From: Promethearchaeota archaeon
Lineage (GTDB): Archaea; Asgardarchaeota; Lokiarchaeia; Sigyniarchaeales; SOKP01
Assembly: GCA_048941265.1 (NCBI GenBank)
Contig: JBHLNT010000059.1
Span: 1 to 24,058 of the forward strand
Direction: 5' to 3'
DNA: 24,058 bases
Position numbers and translations under genes: made by a program. Each line of letters opens with the position of its first letter. The stretch's first letter is position 1. Positions 9,174-17,964 of the stretch are shown here, one piece after another. Below the pieces are notes generated by a model that did not search any database, was not told the origin of the DNA, and worked only from the letters and a program-made list of their open reading frames with translations.

Positions 9174-11222
9174 TTGACTGAGAGAGAGAAAATTAAGAAT
9201 AAATGGGTTGTAACTAGTGCTTGGCCTTATGTGAATGCTATACCTCATTTAGGAAACATGATTGGTAGTGTATTATCTGCAGATGTTTTTGCTAGATTTC
9301 TTAGATTGAAGGGAGATGATGTAGTATTTGTTTCAGGCTCAGATACACATGGAACGCCTGTTGCTGTAGCAGCTAAACAACAAAATATTCCTGCAGAAGA
9401 ATTAGCTATGAAAAATCATAAAATTATAAAAAAATTATTCGAGCAATGGAACATTTCATATGATAATTATACCCACACTCACAATCCCACTCATATAGAG
9501 TTTGTTCAAGATTTTTATCTCGATGTACAAAAAAATGGCTATGTGTTTAAAAAAGAAATTAAATCTCCTTACTGTAAACATGATAAATTGTATCTTCCCG
9601 ATAGATTTGTAGAGGGTATATGTCCACATTGCAAAGATGATAGAGCAAGAGGAGATCAATGTGATAACTGTCAAAAATTGCTAACTCCTCTTGAATTGAT
9701 TGAACCTAAATGCGCAATTTGTGGAAAAACTCCAGAAATCCGATATACAAAACATTGGTATATGGATTTCCCCAAATTACAAGAACGTCTCGCAGGACTA
9801 ATTAAGAATAATCAAATCATTCCTCCTAATGCTAGACAGGTTTGTTTAAATAGTATTTCTGAGGGTCTTCCAGAAAGAGCAATAACAAGAGATTTAGAAT
9901 GGGGAATCCCAGCAAAATTCAAAGGTGCAGATGAAAAAACAATATACGTTTGGTTTGAGGCTGTTTTAGGTTATGTTTCCGCAGTAAAAGAATGGGCAGA
10001 AAAAATTGTAGGGAAACCAGAACAATTTGATTATTTTTGGAAAGATCCCAATACTAAAACGGTGTACTTTATAGGAAAAGATAACATAATTTTTCATTTG
10101 ATTGTCTTCCCTGGACTACTTTTAGCATATAATGAAAATAAAAAAAAAAAGGAACAACTAGTGCTTCCTTATAATGTGTCTTCAACCGAATTTCTCATGT
10201 ATGAGAACGACAAGTTTTCTAAATCCAGAGGAGTTGGTATCTGGATAGATGAAGCCCTAGAATTAGCCCCATTGGATTATTGGCGGTTTAATTTGTTATA
10301 TAATAGACCAGAAAAAAGTGATACTTCATTTTTATGGTCTGAATTTGAAAATAATATTAAAACTTTAAACGATAATATAGGGAATTTTATACATAGGACG
10401 CTCACTTTTATCAATAAGCAATTTAAAGGAACCATACCAAAAAAAATTAAATATGATGAGATAGACCAGAATTTTATTTCGAAACTAAATGAAATAAGCA
10501 AAAAAATTGGAAAATTATTGGAAAAATTTAAGCTGAGGAAAGCTTTGAGAGAAATAGTAACTTTCGCTAAAGAAGGAAATGTATATTTGAATGACAAAGC
10601 TCCTTGGCATTTGATCAAGGAAAATAAGGAGGCTGCAGGAAATGCTTTTAACATTTGTGCACAAGCGGTTTATGCTTTAGGTATATTATTGGCACCATTT
10701 ATTCCTGAAACATCTGAAAGAATTTTAGATTTTTTAAGCATTCCCAGACAATTAAATTGGAATAGTATTAATGAGAATTCCTTAAAAGCAGGACATAAAA
10801 TCAAAAGTCCAAAACCACTTTTTCAAAAATTGGAAATAAATGAAATGCAAGAAAATCTTGAAAAAATAAGAAAAAAGAAAGCAGGAAATGGTGAAATCGA
10901 ATTGGTTTCATATGATGAATTTTCGAAATTAGATATTAGAGTTGCATTAGTTGAGAAAGTAGAAAAAGTGCCTAATGCAGATAAATTATATAAGTTGACC
11001 GTGGATATCGGATCCGAAAAAAGAACATTGGTGGCTGGTTTAGCTGAATATTATAAAGCCGAAGAATTGAAAGATAAAAAAATTATCGTGCTTACTAATT
11101 TAGAACCAAAAAAGTTAAGAGGAATTACCAGTAAAGGAATGCTCTTAGCTGCTGAGGATGGAAAAATTGTATCAATACTTACTCCAGAAAAAGATGTTAA
11201 ACCAGGGAGCAAAATAAGATAA
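9174..11222 (+). CDS. metG: Methionyl-tRNA synthetase with C-terminal tRNA-binding (Trbp111/EMAP-like OB) domain
   Basis: TSAWPYVNAIPHLGN (HIGH), GSDTHG, Zn knuckles (CPHC, CDNC, CAIC), YVWFEA, GKDNIIFH, KFSKS (KMSKS), and C-terminal FSKLDIRVA...NLEPKKLRGITSKGMLLAA. Confidence 0.98.
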   Translation: MTEREKIKNKWVVTSAWPYVNAIPHLGNMIGSVLSADVFARFLRLKGDDVVFVSGSDTHGTPVAVAAKQQNIPAEELAMKNHKIIKKLFEQWNISYDNYTHTHNPTHIEFVQDFYLDVQKNGYVFKKEIKSPYCKHDKLYLPDRFVEGICPHCKDDRARGDQCDNCQKLLTPLELIEPKCAICGKTPEIRYTKHWYMDFPKLQERLAGLIKNNQIIPPNARQVCLNSISEGLPERAITRDLEWGIPAKFKGADEKTIYVWFEAVLGYVSAVKEWAEKIVGKPEQFDYFWKDPNTKTVYFIGKDNIIFHLIVFPGLLLAYNENKKKKEQLVLPYNVSSTEFLMYENDKFSKSRGVGIWIDEALELAPLDYWRFNLLYNRPEKSDTSFLWSEFENNIKTLNDNIGNFIHRTLTFINKQFKGTIPKKIKYDEIDQNFISKLNEISKKIGKLLEKFKLRKALREIVTFAKEGNVYLNDKAPWHLIKENKEAAGNAFNICAQAVYALGILLAPFIPETSERILDFLSIPRQLNWNSINENSLKAGHKIKSPKPLFQKLEINEMQENLEKIRKKKAGNGEIELVSYDEFSKLDIRVALVEKVEKVPNADKLYKLTVDIGSEKRTLVAGLAEYYKAEELKDKKIIVLTNLEPKKLRGITSKGMLLAAEDGKIVSILTPEKDVKPGSKIR

Positions 11223-12467
11223 TTAGACTTTTAAGGAAAATATTGGATTCAATCGAGCTACCATTTCTCCTAAATCTAATTGTATGGTTTTTAAAGCAAT
11301 ACTTCTTCCACGATATTCAAATTGTAAATTCGATACATCTCTTACTATTTTTACCCGTTTAACATCTGATCTTAATTCACATTCAAAATATCTTTGATAT
11401 TTATATTCCATTACATTTTTGACCTTTTTTATATCTGGAAAGGCATATCCTCCTCCATGAGGTAAAATATTCGCATTTCTTAACATTTCGAATAGTTCCA
11501 ATTGTTCCGCTCTCTCTATAAAATTCATATTTTTTAAAGTAGTATCAGAAAAATTTTTCTTTCCCTTAAATAAATAGGCTGCTATATCAGCCCGAAGAGT
11601 TGTCGGAAAAATGTCATTCTTGATCAATTCATAATCTATATCTGTACAATTACTTCCCAAATACATATTATTATAGTCTTTTAAGAACTGATGGGGTTGA
11701 TTACAAATAATCTTATAATCATTACCAAAAAGGTTATCAGCTATTATTTTTCTTTTCATATTTGAGAATTCTAAAGCTTTCTTATTAAACTCGAGATATT
11801 CCTCTGCGGAAGTATCTAATAAAACATATTGAATCCCAAATGGAGTCTCCTCTTCTCTAGCTATTTCTTTTAAAGTTTTACTTTTATCTATATAAAGACC
11901 AATTCCATATTGATCGTCTCTGAATTCTGGAGCAGACCCATGAATCATAAACATATATGGTGGAAATTCCAGACTAGATAAATTTTTAGTTTCAAAGCAG
12001 TTAATAAAATGATTTGAGATTCCATAATCCCAATTTAATTTAACATTATCATGAAATAATTCAGAGGCTTTTATTTCATCAATTCTTTTTATAATTTCAT
12101 AGGAATTTGGCAATTCATGTAATCCACCTACCAAAATTCCGCAATGATTTGGTTTAATATTTAGAAAAATAATTTTCTCATTGCCCTCACCCCAGTTTAA
12201 TCTTCCTCCATAACCTAATCCAGAATTCCAGCGAAATGCATTTCTAGAAATTGTTTCGTCCGGAGAAGAGATGAATACTGCCTTTGGCTCAACTCCGAGT
12301 CTTTCTTGAATCAGATGAAATTGAGCAAGACCATATTTCATATTTTCTCTGCATAATTTTGAGGCTCCATCATTCAAACCTGTAGAAAAAATGAATTTCC
12401 TTGCTCGATTTAGTAATTCAGCTTTCGATAAATTAGAGACATTTTGGTTAAGGGTGGTTGAATCCAT
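11223..12467 (-). CDS. Divergent RtcB-family (3'-phosphate RNA ligase-like) protein
   Basis: RtcB-like motifs occur in the correct order: SPD, NHCG (metal Cys), GISNHF, MIHGS, PHQ, PHGGG (guanylylated His position) and terminal ARLNPIFSLK. Confidence 0.75.
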   Translation of the reverse strand: MDSTTLNQNVSNLSKAELLNRARKFIFSTGLNDGASKLCRENMKYGLAQFHLIQERLGVEPKAVFISSPDETISRNAFRWNSGLGYGGRLNWGEGNEKIIFLNIKPNHCGILVGGLHELPNSYEIIKRIDEIKASELFHDNVKLNWDYGISNHFINCFETKNLSSLEFPPYMFMIHGSAPEFRDDQYGIGLYIDKSKTLKEIAREEETPFGIQYVLLDTSAEEYLEFNKKALEFSNMKRKIIADNLFGNDYKIICNQPHQFLKDYNNMYLGSNCTDIDYELIKNDIFPTTLRADIAAYLFKGKKNFSDTTLKNMNFIERAEQLELFEMLRNANILPHGGGYAFPDIKKVKNVMEYKYQRYFECELRSDVKRVKIVRDVSNLQFEYRGRSIALKTIQLDLGEMVARLNPIFSLKV

Positions 12468-12600
12468 TATTCATACGTTAATTGTTGTTACAATTTATAT
12501 GATTAAGGAAATATTAATATATAATATTAAGGATTATTAATTAATTGAAACTTACTCATATTCGCTTAAGAAAAGACTAGTACTTATAGACTTAAAAATA

Positions 12601-13242
12601 ATGAATGAAAAAAACATCGTTTTGTTCGATTACATCAAAAATTTAAGAGTTAAAGGAGAATTTAGTGGCTCTATTATCTCTAAATTTAAGGAATATGTAA
12701 ATTATATTATTTTTTCTGATAATATTAAGATTTCTGATAATAATGAAGTCCATATCTCCCAAGGATTAATGGTAGGGTTTGAAAGAGAGGTAAACAAGCA
12801 TTTGGCATTTTCAAAAAAAGATGATTTTATATGGAATGATATCTATGATTGTCCATTAGAGTATTCGGTATTGATTCCAGATGAAATTATGCAACAATAT
12901 GATGAAGGGCAATTTTCAGATGCTTTTCCTTATACTATCACGATGCTTCATACAGCGGGATTATTTCAAAAAGATCCCCATGGATTTTCTGTTGATCACT
13001 TGGAGTTTTTTCAAGGTGAGATTTTGAAAAATCCTATAGGTTTAATTTCGAGAGGAATTTGCATTTCTGATAGAGTTGTTATAGATCATAGAGGGGATCC
13101 TGTTTTTTATGATTCTATTATCGTAGGTCGAAATGAAAAGGATGATTTAAGTGTAAGTTATGAGCCATTAGTAAATGTGAAAATGGATGATGACGTATTG
13201 CGATTCATTATAATCTTAGGAATTGAAAATCTAAAGGAATAA
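12601..13242 (+). CDS. Hypothetical protein, possibly a degenerate MPN/JAB-fold protein
   Basis: 213-aa ORF with ATG start, 21 nt upstream of the ATPase gene. The fold guess rests on QGLMVG, DIYDCP, TMLHT and FSVDH. The gene call is solid; the product is speculative. Confidence 0.6.
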   Translation: MNEKNIVLFDYIKNLRVKGEFSGSIISKFKEYVNYIIFSDNIKISDNNEVHISQGLMVGFEREVNKHLAFSKKDDFIWNDIYDCPLEYSVLIPDEIMQQYDEGQFSDAFPYTITMLHTAGLFQKDPHGFSVDHLEFFQGEILKNPIGLISRGICISDRVVIDHRGDPVFYDSIIVGRNEKDDLSVSYEPLVNVKMDDDVLRFIIILGIENLKE

Positions 13243-13263
13243 TCGTTCTATAGGATGTAAAAA

Positions 13264-14478
13264 TTGCTAATATATGAAAACAAAAAGGCTAAGCTCCTTA
13301 ACATATTGAAAATTGGTATAAATCCTTTTAAAAAATTTGTAGCGACTGGTGAAATCAAAGAAGAGCTCGGATTTGTCAAATCCAGAGCAGAGTTATTGGA
13401 GTCCATTATCAATATTATTAAAACAAATGAAAATTTTATATTACCCGTAATTGGTGACGTTGGAACAGGAAAGACTCATTTATTTTGGAGCTTAAAAAAG
13501 AATCTCCATAACCATAATACTTTTTATATTTCATTGCAAAATTATAGAAAGTTTTATTACCATTTATATTCTGAATACATTGAAGAACTCGGAGTTGAGT
13601 TTTTAAGGAGCATTGCCAATAGTTTATGCAATGATTGGGGCGCTCTTGAGAGAAAGTTTGGATTTTTCCATGTTGCTGACATAAATAAAGTTCGAAAAAT
13701 TGCTAATAAAAAAATATCAAAAAATTTTGAGGATAAAATTGCTTTGAATGATATAATTAACGCTATTACAGCTCATCAACTTGATCCCTATAAAAAATTG
13801 GAAGCTGAAAACTGGTTATTAGGTGAACTTATGGATTTTAGGGATTTAGCTCATCTCAACCTATTATATGACCTTCGCAAGAAATCATATGCTTTTACTA
13901 TGTTAAAGATTATAATTGAAAATTCGAAATTAGGAAGTGTCTTATTTATTGATGATTTTGAGAAAATTATCTCGTTAATGAAAACAGGTGAAGAAACAGA
14001 AGAAATATTTGATCCGAGCTATCTTTATGGCAGTGAAGGGAGTTCTTTAGATAATATAGAAGCTCAAAAAATTCTGGAAAAAATTTTAAATTTACAAAAG
14101 ATAAGAAGTATAAAAATAATAATTACGCTAAATTCAATCGATTCTTTAGAAGAAATAAAAAGAACGATTCAAGAAAAAGATAAAAAGTTATTACTTACCT
14201 TTAAAAAACCATTATTTCTATTAAATTTTGAACAAAAAGATATTTTCAAGTTTTATAGGAAGAATATGAAAAATTTCTTGAAAACAGTTAATTTTCTTGA
14301 ATTTATTAAGGAAAATCCTGACTCCTACTTCCCCTTGAATGAGAACATATTAAGAAATATTTATAATAAAGCCAATGGTAATCCAAGACAAATTTTAAAA
14401 TTATTAATAAAAATTTTCAATGAAATCATTTATTCAGATGATAAGTTAGAAAATATCATTCAATCTTATGAAAATTAG
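13264..14478 (+). CDS. P-loop ATPase of AAA+/STAND-like type with a large helical insertion between Walker A and Walker B
   Basis: N-terminal NPF, Walker A GDVGTGKT, Walker B VLFIDDFE, and C-terminal YFPL...ANGNPRQILK lid/sensor-like motif. TTG start is uncertain. Confidence 0.82.
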   Translation: MLIYENKKAKLLNILKIGINPFKKFVATGEIKEELGFVKSRAELLESIINIIKTNENFILPVIGDVGTGKTHLFWSLKKNLHNHNTFYISLQNYRKFYYHLYSEYIEELGVEFLRSIANSLCNDWGALERKFGFFHVADINKVRKIANKKISKNFEDKIALNDIINAITAHQLDPYKKLEAENWLLGELMDFRDLAHLNLLYDLRKKSYAFTMLKIIIENSKLGSVLFIDDFEKIISLMKTGEETEEIFDPSYLYGSEGSSLDNIEAQKILEKILNLQKIRSIKIIITLNSIDSLEEIKRTIQEKDKKLLLTFKKPLFLLNFEQKDIFKFYRKNMKNFLKTVNFLEFIKENPDSYFPLNENILRNIYNKANGNPRQILKLLIKIFNEIIYSDDKLENIIQSYEN

Positions 14479-14485
14479 CATAATA

Positions 14486-15232
14486 TTATGTATTTCTTAA
14501 TAAAATTTTTTGATAAGTATCTATTTCATTTATAAATATCTTTTTATTATTAATATCCCATTTAGAGCTTTCAATAAGTTTTCTGAAAGATTCTAAATTG
14601 CTTAAACTCATCGCTGAATTAAAAAATGTAAGTAAGAGAAATCTAAATGCCTTTTTAGTAAAAATCCGATAATTTTCAGAATCATTTAATAATTCATATA
14701 AGTGATATTCATTTTTTATAAATTTCTTTAATACATTTGAAATTTGATCTTGAAGTGATACATCTTGCGTTTGTAAAAGCCTAAAAATTTTTTTAAAAGT
14801 GTCGTTAGGAATATTTTCATAAAGTAATAACGCTTTCGTAGCGTTGATTGAAATTGGTAGATAATCATCTAATATGGCATATTTTAAAATATCAAATACT
14901 TTCTTAGAAAGTTTGGTACGATTAGCGATTTTATATAAGGCGCTTAGAATTTCATTACGAATCCATCTATCGGAGGAAAAGTACTCCTCTATTAAAAAAT
15001 CAAGGTATTTATTATTTAAGCTCTGATTCAGTCCAATTTGTCCGAGAATATATATCAAATTTAGTTTAATCTGACTATATAACACCGAATCATAATTTTC
15101 TATAAAATATTCAATAATAATCAAATGTTCACTTTTAGGATTATTACCAATATCAATCAAAAAATCATTTATTTCATCTGGATCTTTTGACTTCTTAATT
15201 TTTTCAAACTTTTCAGTTAATTCGTCCATCAT
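14486..15232 (-). CDS. HEAT/ARM-repeat-like helical protein
   Basis: Repeats such as QIKLNLIYILGQIG, SSDRWIRNEILSALYKIA, DDYLPISINATKALL and TQDVSLQDQISNVL. Confidence 0.7.
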   Translation of the reverse strand: MMDELTEKFEKIKKSKDPDEINDFLIDIGNNPKSEHLIIIEYFIENYDSVLYSQIKLNLIYILGQIGLNQSLNNKYLDFLIEEYFSSDRWIRNEILSALYKIANRTKLSKKVFDILKYAILDDYLPISINATKALLLYENIPNDTFKKIFRLLQTQDVSLQDQISNVLKKFIKNEYHLYELLNDSENYRIFTKKAFRFLLLTFFNSAMSLSNLESFRKLIESSKWDINNKKIFINEIDTYQKILLRNT

Positions 15233-15268
15233 TAATTTGAGTCGTCTTTTTTAAAAAAGTTTACTCTT

Positions 15269-16009
15269 CTACACCCTATTTCCAACCACACCCACATAAA
15301 TGGCGGTTTCTTTTTTTCCATCAATGTCCAATATTTTATTTAATTCATCATCAAAAATTGCTCCTATGGTACAAGCTCCTAACCCGAGAGCTTCTGCAAC
15401 TAAATAAAAATTCTGACCTATATGACCACAATCCAAATAAATATACCTGTAGCATCTTTGTAAATATTTCCATTTAGAACGTTCAATAATTGCTGTAAAT
15501 ATAAAATTTACAGCGGAATTGTATGCCATTTTTTGACCTAAACAACCTTCGGCAACTTGAGTACCAAAATCCCCCGCTTTTAATAGCTCCAAGTTATGTT
15601 CTGGGATGTTAAAGTGATATACTCCCTTTTGTATTTCCTCAACCTTATTTATTACAGGATAAATTTCAATTGGATATAAACCGCCAGCTGAGGGAGTGAT
15701 TCGATAAGAAAACTGAGTAAAAACTCTGGTAAGTCCTTGCATCCCAAACAATAAAAGGCTTAGATTCATTAGAGTGAGGGGTTTTTTTGAGAAATTCCTT
15801 GTAGAATGTCTTCTTACCAGAATATCCCAAAATTTTATAGTATCATCAAATTTAGGAGGAGGTAACCTAATTTTTGATACAGCATTTTCATATATTTTGT
15901 AAGGTTTAGGTTTTTTTGACCAATCCAAGTAGTGTTGAGGCAAATTCTCTCTGGTATATTTAGACTTTTGCTGGAAATTATCTCCATAATTTTCGGATTT
16001 TCCGTTCAT
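15269..16009 (-). CDS. SagB/ThcOx-type FMN nitroreductase-family protein
   Basis: RRHSTRNFS, PSAGGLYPIEIY, KY..R.YRYIYLDCGHIGQN and LGACTIGAIFDD. Confidence 0.92.
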   Translation of the reverse strand: MNGKSENYGDNFQQKSKYTRENLPQHYLDWSKKPKPYKIYENAVSKIRLPPPKFDDTIKFWDILVRRHSTRNFSKKPLTLMNLSLLLFGMQGLTRVFTQFSYRITPSAGGLYPIEIYPVINKVEEIQKGVYHFNIPEHNLELLKAGDFGTQVAEGCLGQKMAYNSAVNFIFTAIIERSKWKYLQRCYRYIYLDCGHIGQNFYLVAEALGLGACTIGAIFDDELNKILDIDGKKETAIYVGVVGNRV

Positions 16010-16043
16010 AATATAGAAGATTGAAATTCAATTTAAATAATTT

Positions 16044-16073
16044 AAGATAAATCAAGATAAATTTAAAATAAAT
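16044..16073. repeat. Three tandem AA(G/A)ATAAAT units with 10-11 nt period
   Basis: AAGATAAAT at 16044 and 16054, and AAAATAAAT at 16065, upstream of the minus-strand nitroreductase gene. Confidence 0.5.
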
Positions 16074-16183
16074 CTTAAGATATTGAATTAATTACCAATT
16101 GGTTATAAATAATTCAAATCTATAAAATTTTTTTTATAATATCAAAAATTTTCTCTATTTTAAAAACAAGGCTAGATGATTCT

Positions 16184-16208
16184 AAAATAAAAAGAAAATA
16201 AAAAAAAA
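16184..16208 (-). terminator. Putative oligo-T terminator of the acyl-CoA dehydrogenase gene
   Basis: Long A tracts on + (T tracts on -) starting a few nt after the stop at 16215. Confidence 0.5.
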
Positions 16209-16214
16209 GAGAGA

Positions 16215-17747
16215 TTAAAACTTATCCTCATCTTTGTACCAAGCTGGAAACCAGCGGTAATAATCTTCTGGAAACGCTTTTTTTAGACCTTCATACGTCG
16301 CTTTAACTAAAGCAACTTTACCGTCTCGGTCGCGATGAGAAACAATTAAATTCTTTTCTTCAAGGCTTTCAAAAACTTTTTTAATCGCCGATCTACTGCC
16401 CCCAATATCCATGCGGACATCATCAGGAGTCATATAAAGACCAGGATTAACCTTATAGTCGTGAGCAATTACTTTTAGGATATTTTCCTCGTTTATTTCT
16501 AATCCCTTAAATTGCGATTCTTTTTTTGAAACAAGTGGAGCATTCACCTCCTCATTCCAGCGGAGTCTCAGAGGTTCATTATATTCCGGTAACATCGATG
16601 CAAAGCGGTAAATTATCATCTTTTGAATTTCATTCGTCCCTGCCACGATTGTCCCAATCTTCCCTTCCCTTACCATGCGTTCTGCTGGGTAAAATCTAGT
16701 AAGTCCATCACCTCCCATAACCTGTACCGCTTTAAGTCCGGCATCTATAACGTATTCACTAATCAACCACTTTGCGATTGAAGCATCAATCATAGGTTCT
16801 TGTCCGTCATCCAATTGTTTGGCACAGTTATAAGCGAAAACACGCCCCATCCTGTATTTAGCTATAATTTCTGCAATTTCATTTTGGATTCCAGGGAATA
16901 AATTCGTGGATTTTCTAAATTGAACTCGTCTTTTAGTATAATAGAAAAGTAATCTAGTGATATCTTTAATAACTCCTACTAAAACAGCCCCCGCAATGAG
17001 GCGTTCAAAATTCAATCCCGCCATCATCACATTCCAGCCTTTACCTATAGCTCCAATCCTATTCTCATCAGGAATTCTAACATCATTAAATGAGATATAT
17101 GTATTAGGTACGTTATCGAATCCAATTAAAGGATTTACTCTTTCTAAATGAAAGCCCGGTAATCCTTTTTCAACAATAAAAGACGTAATATGAGAATATT
17201 GCTTCCGATCGGATTTATCTTCACTGGTTTTTGCATAAATAAAATACCGATCAGAAACACCACCACCAGTTATATATCTTTTCTTACCATTAATTACCCA
17301 CTCATCACCTTCTTTCACGGCAGTAGTCATAACATTTGCAGCATCTGAACCTGCGTAAGGTTCAGTAATACACACAGCTCCTAGTTGTTCTCCACTCGCC
17401 ATTTGAGGGAGCCATTTCTTCTTTTGTTCCTCTGTTGCATACCGTAGCATTTGCTCCAAACCTGCTAGCATTGATACTACAAAAACATGGCCAACCGAGT
17501 ATAGTCTTCCTAGCGCCTCTGCTACGATACATGAACCAGTGGCACCTAATTCTAAACCACCATATTCTTTTGGAATGCCTGCGCCGAAATATCCTTCAGC
17601 GGCAACTTTTTTCACTAAAGACCAAGGAAATTCCTGCTTCCAGAAATAATATTCGGCATCTTCAAAATGATCTTCGACAAACTGATTAACCTTTTTGGCT
17701 ATTGCCTTTTGCTCATCAGTCCACCAAAAAAAAGTTTCTTCACTCAT
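16215..17747 (-). CDS. Acyl-CoA dehydrogenase with C-terminal winged-helix-like extension
   Basis: IPKEYGG, CITEPYAGSD, INGKKRYITGG, GLNFERL, RRVQF, VQVMGGDG and GTNEIQ make up the core. About 125 extra C-terminal residues have an HTH-wing pattern. Confidence 0.93.
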   Translation of the reverse strand: MSEETFFWWTDEQKAIAKKVNQFVEDHFEDAEYYFWKQEFPWSLVKKVAAEGYFGAGIPKEYGGLELGATGSCIVAEALGRLYSVGHVFVVSMLAGLEQMLRYATEEQKKKWLPQMASGEQLGAVCITEPYAGSDAANVMTTAVKEGDEWVINGKKRYITGGGVSDRYFIYAKTSEDKSDRKQYSHITSFIVEKGLPGFHLERVNPLIGFDNVPNTYISFNDVRIPDENRIGAIGKGWNVMMAGLNFERLIAGAVLVGVIKDITRLLFYYTKRRVQFRKSTNLFPGIQNEIAEIIAKYRMGRVFAYNCAKQLDDGQEPMIDASIAKWLISEYVIDAGLKAVQVMGGDGLTRFYPAERMVREGKIGTIVAGTNEIQKMIIYRFASMLPEYNEPLRLRWNEEVNAPLVSKKESQFKGLEINEENILKVIAHDYKVNPGLYMTPDDVRMDIGGSRSAIKKVFESLEEKNLIVSHRDRDGKVALVKATYEGLKKAFPEDYYRWFPAWYKDEDKF

Positions 17748-17964
17748 CTTTTAGTCCTTTTATAATTAGTTTTAAACCAAAATTGCGTTAAATTTTGATT
17801 TTAATACTTATATAGGTAAAATTTTCATTTTTGATAAATCTTGAAGTTTTAAGATTTCTTTGCACTAAAATAAGAATTGATAATTATATGATTGTTCATT
17901 AGAAATAATTAATTAGAGAATTTTTCATATTTTAAATTACACTAAATTACTTCAGATTAAAGGA

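Noticed and set aside
13264-14478. Orc1/Cdc6 initiator with a replication origin
   Set aside because: No C-terminal winged helix is evident, the Walker A-B spacing is too long, and no ORB-like G-string repeats were seen in the flanks.
12601-15232. BREX or other defence island
   Set aside because: No PglX/PglZ, methylase, nuclease or mobility gene is nearby. Only the ATPase layout is reminiscent.
15269-16009. Azole-containing RiPP biosynthetic cluster
   Set aside because: No YcaO, E1-like partner or Cys/Ser-rich precursor gene is in the window. Stand-alone SagB-like nitroreductases are common in archaea.
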